Shown: piece after piece, positions 26,855-35,280 of the stretch | Layout of the letters: the number at the start of each line of letters is the position of its first letter | Position numbering within the stretch: the stretch's first letter is position 1 | NCBI GenBank assembly: GCA_947426865.1 | Contig: CANEFS010000002.1 | Span: 5,332-69,331, forward strand | Length of the DNA: 64,000 nt | Source of the DNA: an uncultured Coriobacteriaceae bacterium | GTDB lineage: Bacteria > Actinomycetota > Coriobacteriia > Coriobacteriales > Atopobiaceae | Direction of reading: 5' to 3' | The notes under the pieces: generated by a model | Seen by the model: the letters and a program-made list of their open reading frames with translations, nothing else | What the model was told of the DNA's origin: nothing | Database searches by the model: none | Program-made: the position numbers and the translations under genes

Positions 26855-28009
26855 TTAAGCGGCAACCTCCGGGAAGATTCCGAGCACAGCGCCAATGATT
26901 CCCAAAGCAAACAGAACGAAAATGATGGCGATGGGGTTAACCTTCTTTTTCAAAAGCCACATGCAGAAGAACGTAAGGGCAAGAGGAAGAAGGCCCGGCA
27001 GCAACTGATCAACAATCGACTGAAGGGTGGTCGTGTTGATAAGGCGCCATTGACCCGGGTCACTTTGTGTAGCCGCCGAGGCGTTTTGGGCAATAGTGAA
27101 GCCTTGATCAGCAATCCCTTGGAAACTGTTGAGAGAGTTCTGGAAAGCGTCCGGTGTCACCTGAGCACCATTGGCAGCTCCGTTCAAGGTATCAATAAAA
27201 CCGGTTCCGGACAGGTTAATGATATTGTTGTAGGCACTGGAGTTCTCGACAGATCCCATGTCCACTTTCGAGAAGACAATGGCACTCATGTCGATTGTTG
27301 TCCAACGGGGAATGAGAACGCCCATGATGAACATACCTAAAACGCCCGCTCCCATGGTAACGCGCTGCAGAAGACCACCGGAAAGATCTTTTGAGACATT
27401 CTCTCCTGCTCTGTAGCCAAACTCCTGCGTGTACCAGAGGAAGCCCATACGGATAATATTCCAAACCAGGAAGAAGAGGATAGGTCCCAAAATGTTTCCG
27501 CTGATTGCGAGAGAAGCGGCAAAAGCCCCTAACACAGGACGCATCGTTCCCCAAAAGACTGGATCGCCAACACCTGCCAGAGGTCCCATCATACCAATTT
27601 TTGTACCTTGAATAGCAGCATCGTCAACGGGAGCACCGTTAGCTCTTGACTCTTCAAGAGAAAGCTCGACGCCGATAATGGGGGCTGCAAGGTAAGGGTG
27701 CGTATTAAAGAACTCAAGGTGGCGTTTCATGAACGCAATCTGGTCCTCTTTCTTTTTGTAAAGCTTGCGCATGGCCGGCAGCATCGTAAAGCACCAACCG
27801 ACATTTTGCATACGCTCAAAGTTCCACGCGATGTGCAGAAGCCAAGAGCGGCTCCAAACCTTCCGGCGATCTTTGAGCGTTAGCTCAATCTTGTCAGGAT
27901 TGGCCGAGGTATTCTCGGTCGAAGTATTCTCTTTCATAGCGACTTCTTTATTCTTTCCGTCTTGAGCAGCTGTAGGTTGAGCTGTTTCTTTGATTTCTTC
28001 TTTAGCCAT
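26855..28009 (-). CDS. manZ: PTS mannose-family IID component (extended N- and C-termini)
   Basis: WLLHIAWNFERMQNVGWCFTMLPAMRKLY. GTGAGG RBS 16 nt after the IIC stop. Confidence 0.9.
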   Translation of the reverse strand: MAKEEIKETAQPTAAQDGKNKEVAMKENTSTENTSANPDKIELTLKDRRKVWSRSWLLHIAWNFERMQNVGWCFTMLPAMRKLYKKKEDQIAFMKRHLEFFNTHPYLAAPIIGVELSLEESRANGAPVDDAAIQGTKIGMMGPLAGVGDPVFWGTMRPVLGAFAASLAISGNILGPILFFLVWNIIRMGFLWYTQEFGYRAGENVSKDLSGGLLQRVTMGAGVLGMFIMGVLIPRWTTIDMSAIVFSKVDMGSVENSSAYNNIINLSGTGFIDTLNGAANGAQVTPDAFQNSLNSFQGIADQGFTIAQNASAATQSDPGQWRLINTTTLQSIVDQLLPGLLPLALTFFCMWLLKKKVNPIAIIFVLFALGIIGAVLGIFPEVAA

Positions 28010-28025
28010 CGTTCAACCTCACTTT

Positions 28026-28850
28026 CTACTCGTAATCGTTCAAGATGTCGTCGAGAGGATCTGAGCCCCCGCCGCCTCCGCCACTCCCGGCAGCGACTGC
28101 AGTTTGGCTTCCTCCATTAAATTCTGGCGAGAGATCTAAGTAAATGAGGGCAAAGCAAAGCCCGATTACACCCATGGCAATAAGGCCAAGCTCGGTGAGG
28201 GAAGCAAGAGCAAAGCCCAAGAAGAAGAAGGGCCAAACTTTTTTCGTTGCCATCATGTTCATAACCATGGCGTAACCGACGACAACGATGAATCCACCGG
28301 CTGCCGTAAGACCTGCCGTAACCCAAGTAGGTATAGCAGTAAGCGCCGCTTCAACGAGCTCGTCGGGAAGGGCCAAGATACAAGCGGCAGGAATAGCAAC
28401 GCGAAGGCCTTGGAGTACTAAGGCAAAAATGGACCAGGCTTCAACGCCAAAAGTACTTCCTTTTGCCGCTGCCGCATCTACGAGGTGGGCCGTTCCTGAG
28501 TTAATTGTACGAACCAAAATAGTGAGAGCAAGACCGGCCATCGACATAGGGATAGCAAGAGCAATTGCTTGCTCCATATCCATGTTTTCAACACAAACGA
28601 ATATTGCTGCCGCAATGCCGGCAAGAGCTGCATCCGGTGCAGGAGCTGCTCCAATGTTCATCCATCCCAGTACGATAAGCTGGAGGGTACCACCGAGAAT
28701 AATACCTTCGGCGGGGTGCCCTGTGACAAAGCCTATCAAGGTACAAGCGATGATAGGTTGGTGAGTTTCAAATTGATCAAGAATAGAACCGCAGCCTGCA
28801 ATAAAGGCGACGATAATAACGAGAACAATTTGAAGAACGTTCAAATCCAT
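28026..28850 (-). CDS. manY: PTS mannose-family IIC component
   Basis: Polytopic membrane protein at the position between IIAB and IID; typical IIC sequence. Confidence 0.88.
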   Translation of the reverse strand: MDLNVLQIVLVIIVAFIAGCGSILDQFETHQPIIACTLIGFVTGHPAEGIILGGTLQLIVLGWMNIGAAPAPDAALAGIAAAIFVCVENMDMEQAIALAIPMSMAGLALTILVRTINSGTAHLVDAAAAKGSTFGVEAWSIFALVLQGLRVAIPAACILALPDELVEAALTAIPTWVTAGLTAAGGFIVVVGYAMVMNMMATKKVWPFFFLGFALASLTELGLIAMGVIGLCFALIYLDLSPEFNGGSQTAVAAGSGGGGGGSDPLDDILNDYE

Positions 28851-28929
28851 CTTTCTCTTCCTTTTCTCTTTCTTTTATTCTTTCGTCTTTTTCTTTCTTT
28901 GTTTTTCCACAGGGTTTCTCAGCAAGGTT

Positions 28930-29907
28930 CTAAGGCATCATGTGATGCTTCTTGAAAAGGACAAACAAGTCCTCGTTAGAGCCCGTCGGAATTCCGAGCG
29001 TGTCGAAAGTGACTCCGTTGTCTTTGAGATCGATGAAAGTTTTAACATCCTCTTCAGAAACAGCAATAGCTCGGCTAATCTGCGTCTTGCCGACAGAGTG
29101 CGCCATCGAACCTACGTTGATGTGCTTGATAGGAACGCCCGCCTCTAAAACTTGGAGCGCCTCTTGGGGCGTCTCGAAAAGAACGAGAGCCTTAACGCCG
29201 CCAAAGCGCGGATCGTTGTAGCACTTCACGAACTGCGCCAGGGTTGTGACGTTTGCTTTCACTCCTGGAGGAGCCGCGTCGACGATGAGACTCTTGCGAA
29301 GATTGTCATGGGCAACAGCATCGGATACGACGATGATGCGGTTGCAGCCAACTTGGCGCGCCCAGTTCGTGGCGACCTGGCCGTGAAGGAGACGCGAATC
29401 AACGCGAATGTGAGCAAGTTCCATCTGACCCGAGCCAACTTTGGTTCCCTCAGGGATGGCCTCAGCTTTCGACGCTTTCTCTTGAGAAGCGCCTTTGGGT
29501 TTGGGCTGCAAATCCTCGGGAGCTACACGAACACCACGACGGCCTTCGATGAAGATTTTCGCCGCGATATCTTGCGCCGTGTTCGTCTCGTCGAAACGAG
29601 CCGTGTAGGCTTCGATAAGCATAGGAAGATTGAGACCGGTGACGATGGCCCACGTGTCGTGACCGTCACTGAAAGCTTTGGACTGATTGAAGGGCGTTCC
29701 TCCCCATAGATCAACGAGGAAAAGGAGTTCTTTTTGGTCGGAGAATTCTTCGACTGCCTTTTCCAGTTTCTTCCGGAAGTCCTCGGGGCCTTCCTTGGGC
29801 GTTAGGCAGACAGCTTTAACATCTTGTTGGTCTCCAAAAACCATAGAGCCTGACTGCATGATGCCCTCAGCAAATTTCCCGTGACTTGCCAGGACAATTC
29901 CTACCAT
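28930..29907 (-). CDS. manX: PTS mannose-family IIAB component
   Basis: MVGIVLASHGKFAEG (IIA His) and HIRVDSRLLHGQV (IIB His). ATG 29907 has AAAGGAGG 6 nt upstream. Confidence 0.9.
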   Translation of the reverse strand: MVGIVLASHGKFAEGIMQSGSMVFGDQQDVKAVCLTPKEGPEDFRKKLEKAVEEFSDQKELLFLVDLWGGTPFNQSKAFSDGHDTWAIVTGLNLPMLIEAYTARFDETNTAQDIAAKIFIEGRRGVRVAPEDLQPKPKGASQEKASKAEAIPEGTKVGSGQMELAHIRVDSRLLHGQVATNWARQVGCNRIIVVSDAVAHDNLRKSLIVDAAPPGVKANVTTLAQFVKCYNDPRFGGVKALVLFETPQEALQVLEAGVPIKHINVGSMAHSVGKTQISRAIAVSEEDVKTFIDLKDNGVTFDTLGIPTGSNEDLFVLFKKHHMMP

Positions 29908-29933
29908 CCACAACCTCCTTTATCTCGAGGGGA

Positions 29934-29952
29934 TGCTAACGTTTGCATCATA
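29934..29952 (-). promoter_or_regulatory. Candidate -10 element (TATGAT) abutting a cre/LacI-type operator TGCAAACGTTAGCA upstream of manX
   Basis: 14-nt near-palindrome at 29934-29947 (12/14 symmetric) fits WTGNAANCGNWNNCW. TATGAT on the minus strand lies at 29952-29947. Confidence 0.45.
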
Positions 29953-30015
29953 GCGCAAAAAGGAAGAAAAAAGAGGTGCGCGTGGGAATTTTTTGGCTGG
30001 TTGGACGTTTATTTT

Positions 30016-31218
30016 CTACGAGCAGGTGATGAGTTCGTGACCTAACTTCGTGAACGGCTTGAAACCCTCTTCTGTCACGACGCCCGTGTCCTCCAAACGG
30101 ATACCGAATTTTTGCGGAAGGTAGATTCCGGGCTCAATTGTTACGACGGCGCCTTCAGGAATAGGCTTGTCCCAGCGTGCATTGAGATTGGGGTTTTCGT
30201 GAATCTCGATGCCGACTCCATGTCCTAAACCATGACCAAAGTACTTTCCGTAGCCGGCTTCTTTTATGACGTTTGCCGCAATCTCGTGAATGTCTTTTCC
30301 GATAACGCCAGGCCTTAGGGCCGCGGCTGCTTTTTCGTGCGCCTCTTTTACCACTTCATAGACATCAAGTTGCTCTTGGGAGGGTTGGCCGACCGCGAGC
30401 GTGCGCGTCATGTCGGCATGATAGTCGTCCTTTGCCGCACCGAAATCGATAACAATAAGGTCGCCTTCTTGCACCTTATACTCCCCCGGGCGCGCGTGAG
30501 GATTTGCGCCGTTGGGTCCTGCTGCAATAATCGTTTCAAACGAGATGGCATCCGCTCCGTTTTCTAACATGAAATTTTCGAGGGCCGCGCGGATGGTTTT
30601 CTCGGCCATGCCTGGCTTAATAAAATCTTGAATAAAAAGAATCGCTTTATCCGTTATGTCCTGAGCGGCTTGAAGCGCTTGAATTTCATTGGGCGTCTTT
30701 ACGCCTCTGAGGTCGGTGATGTCGGCTCCAAGGTGCGTGATTTCTCGCTTGTCTTTTTTTGCCGTTGTGGGGTATTCGTCTTGTGCGCCGTTTTCGTCAT
30801 GTGCGCCGTTTTCGTCTTGCTCGTCTCTTTCGTTCGAGAGATTCTTCTCAAGCTCATCGAGAAAAGAAATGGGGGCGCTGTTTTGGATTGCAACGGTTAG
30901 TGTGGGCGCAAGTGCATCGATTTTTTGGGCAGCCCAAAGAGGGTTGAGACAGGGCTTTTCGTCAAGCGTAAAAGCATCAGGGTAGGCAAGATTTTGCTTG
31001 AGCGCCTCGAGATAGCGCGAGTCGGTATGCAAAAGTGCTTCGTCTTGCGTGATGAAGACGATGTGGCATTGCTCGTCATCGAACGTATTTTTTGCACCGG
31101 TCAGCCACCTGATGTCAGGCGTATTGGTAACGACGAGCGCGTCGAGGTTTGTCTCCTTCATGTGCGCGCGAAGTTTTTCTAAAGGCGTTTTTGTGTATAT
31201 GGTCCTGGCGGTATTCAT
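30016..31218 (-). CDS. pepP: Xaa-Pro aminopeptidase (M24B family)
   Basis: HGLGHGVGIEIHE and the M24 metal-ligand pattern. An acidic repeat insert lies between the N- and C-terminal domains. Confidence 0.9.
   Translation of the reverse strand: MNTARTIYTKTPLEKLRAHMKETNLDALVVTNTPDIRWLTGAKNTFDDEQCHIVFITQDEALLHTDSRYLEALKQNLAYPDAFTLDEKPCLNPLWAAQKIDALAPTLTVAIQNSAPISFLDELEKNLSNERDEQDENGAHDENGAQDEYPTTAKKDKREITHLGADITDLRGVKTPNEIQALQAAQDITDKAILFIQDFIKPGMAEKTIRAALENFMLENGADAISFETIIAAGPNGANPHARPGEYKVQEGDLIVIDFGAAKDDYHADMTRTLAVGQPSQEQLDVYEVVKEAHEKAAAALRPGVIGKDIHEIAANVIKEAGYGKYFGHGLGHGVGIEIHENPNLNARWDKPIPEGAVVTIEPGIYLPQKFGIRLEDTGVVTEEGFKPFTKLGHELITCS
30775..30825 (-). repeat. In-frame 18-nt tandem repeat (2.8 units) encoding DENGA(H/Q)-type insert in pepP
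   Basis: ttcgtcttgtgcgccgtt / ttcgtcatgtgcgccgtt / ttcgtcttgctcgtc, read directly. Confidence 0.85.
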
Positions 31219-31288
31219 AATGTCCTCTTTTTATCTTTGATTGGTTTAATTCGAATTTGGTTCGATTCGATTTATCTTTTCATTTTGC

Positions 31289-32524
31289 CTAAATACTTTC
31301 TTTTCGAAAAACCTCAAACTCTTTGTTAAAAGTTTCTTCCTGAAGCGCCATCATACTGAGACGTCCAGGCGCAAAAGGCAAAGGAACAAGAACTTCTCTT
31401 GAGTAATGCCGTGCAATTTCCTTCGCTTTCTTCAGAAACTCAGCTGCTTCAATTTCTCTTGCTTGTGCGCTCTTTAAAATGCCTAACGTCTCGAGCGCCG
31501 CCTCTTGCTCTATTAAATAGCGCGGAGGCATTCCATTTTGCGCCACTCCAAGAAGAGCCGAAAGGCGAAGAGCCTCCCCCATCGCTTGTGCCGTGGAAAG
31601 TTCTGGAGAGAACTCTTGAAAAGTTTGCGTGAAGAGATTTCCGTAGCTTAGGCTGGTGCGCATCGTCAGAGCAGCCGCATTTTGGATGAAGGAAAGACTG
31701 CGCGCTGCTTCTGCAATACTCTCGAGAAAATCTTGTTCGGATGCTTCTTGTTCGGTTGCTTCTTGTTCGGCTGTTTCTTGTTGCGCTTCAGGCAACATCT
31801 CATGTTGCGCTCCCGAGAAAAAACCTGCCAGGACATCAATCCTTTCCAGAAAAGCATCCCAGGTGTTTTTGGAATCGATAAAAGCCGCTTTAATCATAAG
31901 AGCAAAGGCTTTTTCCTGATCCGCTCGTACGAGGGTTTCTGAAACATTTTGTTGCCCGTGGATTCGAAGAATCTCAGAGTCTGTTACAAGAAAAGATAAG
32001 TGGGGCGCAACTTCAATTTTGTTCTTTATCCCCTCAAGAGAAAAGTGAGCCTTAACAGATCCTGCTAAAAGAGTTGCCGAATAGGTTGTTGGAATGTAGG
32101 CGACACTTGGCTTTCCGGCGATAAGACTGGCCGAGGCTCCAACAAGGTTCAAAACATCTTCATCGCCTATGCCCACCAAGACATCGGAAGAACCAATTTC
32201 AAGTTCTGTTGCTTTTGTTAATAAATTAAGAACGGCTTGATAAGAATTGCTAGAAAGAGAAGGGGCTCCTTCGCCTGCCACAAGTAACGATTCGAAAGGA
32301 ACGTCGTGCACAAAAAAGCCGGCAGAAGTAAGCGAGCGGCGAACCTCTTCGACAAACCCTTCGGCCAAGTTCTTCTCGAAAACGAAGAGAGCTGAAGCCG
32401 ATTGCCCTGCATGAGAGCGAAGCGTTTTTCCAACTTCTAAAAAAGCGTCATGAGAGACAGAAAGCTCAATGCTTCCCTGAGGGCCAAATAGAGCCTGTCG
32501 GATATGTAAGGAATTGCTCGACAT
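31289..32524 (-). CDS. 3-dehydroquinate synthase-like protein with degenerate catalytic motifs (probable pseudoenzyme)
   Basis: VLVGIGDEDVLNLVGASASLIAGKPSVAYIPTTYSATLLAGSV aligns by eye with AroB [45 protein letters not shown]. The GGG, DSSVGGK and metal-binding His positions are all substituted. Confidence 0.6.
   Translation of the reverse strand: MSSNSLHIRQALFGPQGSIELSVSHDAFLEVGKTLRSHAGQSASALFVFEKNLAEGFVEEVRRSLTSAGFFVHDVPFESLLVAGEGAPSLSSNSYQAVLNLLTKATELEIGSSDVLVGIGDEDVLNLVGASASLIAGKPSVAYIPTTYSATLLAGSVKAHFSLEGIKNKIEVAPHLSFLVTDSEILRIHGQQNVSETLVRADQEKAFALMIKAAFIDSKNTWDAFLERIDVLAGFFSGAQHEMLPEAQQETAEQEATEQEASEQDFLESIAEAARSLSFIQNAAALTMRTSLSYGNLFTQTFQEFSPELSTAQAMGEALRLSALLGVAQNGMPPRYLIEQEAALETLGILKSAQAREIEAAEFLKKAKEIARHYSREVLVPLPFAPGRLSMMALQEETFNKEFEVFRKESI
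31731..31790 (-). repeat. In-frame 15-nt tandem repeat (4 units) encoding (E-A/Q-T/S-E-Q)n in the aroB-like gene
   Basis: tcttgttcggatgct / tcttgttcggttgct / tcttgttcggctgtt / tcttgttgcgcttca. Confidence 0.9.
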
Positions 32525-32583
32525 TTTTTTCCTAAAAGTTAGCTCTCAGTTTTTTCAAGTTGCAGACTCAATGGAGTGCGCAT

Positions 32584-33117
32584 CTAAAAAGAAAGAATAT
32601 TGCAACTGGCCAGAATGAAAATGACGATCGAAAAAACCATTATCCAAGGGCCGGCTGGAAACGCCTTTTCTTTTTTAGCGATAGAAAAGATGGCACCGAG
32701 AAGCGCTCCTGCGGCTCCTGCGACCAACGCATTCATAGGACCCATAAGAAGGGCCCAGGCTCCTATAAACTTAATGTCACCCGCACCAAAACCGGAAGCA
32801 TCGTTTGCTTTTCTCCAGATAGCCTCCAGGATAAAAAAGGCTGCCATAAAAAAGATGCATCCCCACATGCAGAAAAACGGAGAGGGAAAAGGCGGAAAAA
32901 CCCCCGCGTTGCTACCTCTGAACATCTGAAAAATGAGAGCGGCTGCAAACATAATTCCTAACAAAGCATTGGGAAGCGTTCGCGCTTTTGCATCGTTAAC
33001 AGAGGCAACGATGGCAGCGATAAAAAAGAGGGCAAGCGCTATGGCGACGCCCAACCAAATTTCTCCCGGGACGGCGGCAACCTCCTCGCCAATCATTTGC
33101 GTGCTCACTAGTTCCAT
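32584..33117 (-). CDS. A24-family prepilin (type IV leader) peptidase-like membrane protein
   Basis: Small polytopic protein with VNDAKARTLPN and GAGDIKFIGAWALLMG (the two Asp motifs). Confidence 0.7.
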   Translation of the reverse strand: MELVSTQMIGEEVAAVPGEIWLGVAIALALFFIAAIVASVNDAKARTLPNALLGIMFAAALIFQMFRGSNAGVFPPFPSPFFCMWGCIFFMAAFFILEAIWRKANDASGFGAGDIKFIGAWALLMGPMNALVAGAAGALLGAIFSIAKKEKAFPAGPWIMVFSIVIFILASCNILSF

Positions 33118-33653
33118 GGCTCGTGTTTCCTTCCGTTGCTGGGGAGCTCAGCGCCTGAAGTGTACGGCACCCCCTTCTCGGCAAGGCGCTCAAAGAGGCG
33201 AAGGATGTAGGTGAGAAAAAACTCCCGATTGGAAAGATGGTCTATCAAAATCGTCCTGGCACCCGCCAAATTACCCGAAGCGATGTCAGTAAAAATTTGG
33301 TCACCAATCATGACGGTATTCTCGGGAGAAAATCCTTCTTCCTTGCATACTCTCTCGAGCGCAAACGGGAGAGGCTTCATAGCGTGGTCTATTTTTTTCG
33401 TTCCGAGAATTTCTGCTGTTCGGTCAAGTTCAATCGAGTCGAAATTATTCGAGATGATGTAGAGCGAGAAGCCGGCTTTTTTTGCCGCATGCACCCACTC
33501 GCGCGCCGCCTCAGGAATGTCCTTTTTTGCGCGGTCATAGACAGTGTTGTCTCGGTCAAGAACGATAAGCTGAATATTGTTTTCCTCAAGAAGCGAGAAA
33601 GGAATGTCCCAGACAGCGTGAAAGCGCTTCCAAATATGTAACACCTTTTTCAT
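33108..33653 (-). CDS. YqeG-family HAD-IIIA phosphatase
   Basis: VLDRDNTV, IISNN and MIGDQIFTDIASGNLAGARTILI. Confidence 0.8.
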   Translation of the reverse strand: MKKVLHIWKRFHAVWDIPFSLLEENNIQLIVLDRDNTVYDRAKKDIPEAAREWVHAAKKAGFSLYIISNNFDSIELDRTAEILGTKKIDHAMKPLPFALERVCKEEGFSPENTVMIGDQIFTDIASGNLAGARTILIDHLSNREFFLTYILRLFERLAEKGVPYTSGAELPSNGRKHEPWN

Positions 33654-33715
33654 CTGAATCCTTTTTCTAAATTGCTCGCCGCTGCTCCACGCCTTAGTTC
33701 ACAGAACCGATTTCT

Positions 33716-34849
33716 TTAATTCATAGCAGCATTTGCTTCACTAATTGCCTCGAGATGCTGTTCGTAAGTTTCCGAGAAGGAATGGGTCGTGTAGTTAGGC
33801 TTGTCGATAATTAAGAAGAAGTAATAATTCGTTTGTGCGGGATTGAGCGCGGCCCCAATAAATTCTTTTGAGGGCGAGCAGATTGGTGTCGGCGGCAAAC
33901 CCTGATTGAGATAGGTGTTGTAATCGTTTGCCTCTTTCAGCTCGCTTGCGGAAGGTTCATGTCCAAGCGAATAGGCCATCGTTGCATCGGACTGCAAATC
34001 CATTCCCGTTTTAAGGCGGTTGTAAAAAACGGAGGAAACGAGCGGTTGGTCGTTTTCGGTCGTCGCTTCTTTTTGAATGAGGGAGGCCATCTTAATAAAA
34101 TCGTAGTTCGAGAAATTCAAACCATATTGCTGCTGAATGCGCGCGCGTCCTGCCTCCCAATCGATTGAGTTGCTTTGCTTTTCAAACTCGTCAAGCATAC
34201 GTTTGATGATATCGGTAGCGCTAATTTCCTGTCCGGTAAAATCATAGGTGGAAGGCCAAAGATATCCCTCTAAAGAATTTTGCGAAGCCTTCGCGGCCTC
34301 TTCTAAGAAAGGATAGTCGTTAACAAATGAGGTCGCTTTTGCGGCCGCAAGAAAATCTGAACTTGAGATTCCCAAGGCTTTCTGAACCGCGTCGGCGGTT
34401 TGTGAAACGGTTGAGCCTTCCGGAATAGTAAGACGGTTATTCGTTGTATTGGGTCCCTGCATCAATTGCTTCACGATATCGTTGATGGAGGTTCCTACAA
34501 CGAATTCATACGTTCCGCTTTGAATTGATTTCGAAGCATTTAGATTGTTAACGGCGTTGATATATTGTCGCACGTCATCAATAAGATCTTTATCGATAAG
34601 TTCCTGCGCAATCTCAGTGCCACTTGCTCCTTGCGCGATTTGAACGGTAACCACCTCTCCGTTTTTATGAAGGTGGTGGTGAGAAAAAACAAGAGAACCC
34701 ACGAAGAGTGCTAGAAGGAGAGCGATGAGCGCATAAATACCGTAGCGAAAATGCGCAGGTACTTTCTTCTTAAAAGTTTCGAGAGGAGCGGGTTTACGCT
34801 TGGAATTTTTTTTTGCATGTTTTGCATTTTGGGAAAAAGTATTATTCAT
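33716..34849 (-). CDS. mltG: Endolytic murein transglycosylase MltG (YceG family)
   Basis: N-terminal TM segment and the YceG-like core (ASLIQKEA..., FYNRL, LPPTPICSP). Confidence 0.88.
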   Translation of the reverse strand: MNNTFSQNAKHAKKNSKRKPAPLETFKKKVPAHFRYGIYALIALLLALFVGSLVFSHHHLHKNGEVVTVQIAQGASGTEIAQELIDKDLIDDVRQYINAVNNLNASKSIQSGTYEFVVGTSINDIVKQLMQGPNTTNNRLTIPEGSTVSQTADAVQKALGISSSDFLAAAKATSFVNDYPFLEEAAKASQNSLEGYLWPSTYDFTGQEISATDIIKRMLDEFEKQSNSIDWEAGRARIQQQYGLNFSNYDFIKMASLIQKEATTENDQPLVSSVFYNRLKTGMDLQSDATMAYSLGHEPSASELKEANDYNTYLNQGLPPTPICSPSKEFIGAALNPAQTNYYFFLIIDKPNYTTHSFSETYEQHLEAISEANAAMN

Positions 34850-35277
34850 CTTGCTGGCCCTCCTGTTTTTTCTCGAGAATCCAGGAATGCTTGCAGAAAG
34901 AGTGCAGCTGCAACTTTGTCAACCTTTCCCTTCATGTCCTTTTGCTTCATGCCTGAAGCGGCCATTGATTGCTTTGCTTCTTTAGACGAGAACCGCTCAT
35001 CAACAAAGGTCATAGGAATGTTCAACTTCTTTGCGAGGGCATCGGCTTCAGCTTTAACTTTTTCAGCTTGCGGACCTGTTTCTCCTGCAAGTGTTTTTGG
35101 AAGCCCAACCACAAGAAAATCCGGTTCCCAGTCTTCAAGAATGCGCTTGAAGGAAGGAGCGACATTGAAAACGTCTTGTGCGGAAAGAACCGCTAAAGGA
35201 TTTGCAATGGTGGTATCTCTGTCAGAGACGGCAACGCCAACGCGAATAGAACCTATGTCGAGGGCAAGGTAGCGCAC
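34846..35277 (-). CDS. ruvX: Holliday-junction resolvase-like nuclease RuvX (YqgF)
   Basis: LALDIGSIRVGVAVSD; 4-nt overlap with mltG. Confidence 0.9.
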   Translation of the reverse strand: MRYLALDIGSIRVGVAVSDRDTTIANPLAVLSAQDVFNVAPSFKRILEDWEPDFLVVGLPKTLAGETGPQAEKVKAEADALAKKLNIPMTFVDERFSSKEAKQSMAASGMKQKDMKGKVDKVAAALFLQAFLDSREKTGGPAR

Positions 35278-35280
35278 TGT

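Noticed and set aside
31240-31275. ttcgaatttggttcgattcgattt, read as a tRNA T-arm-like fragment or tRNA remnant.
   Set aside because: No acceptor or anticodon stems can be drawn, and the region is only ~70 nt of AT-rich spacer with a trivial ttcgat repeat.
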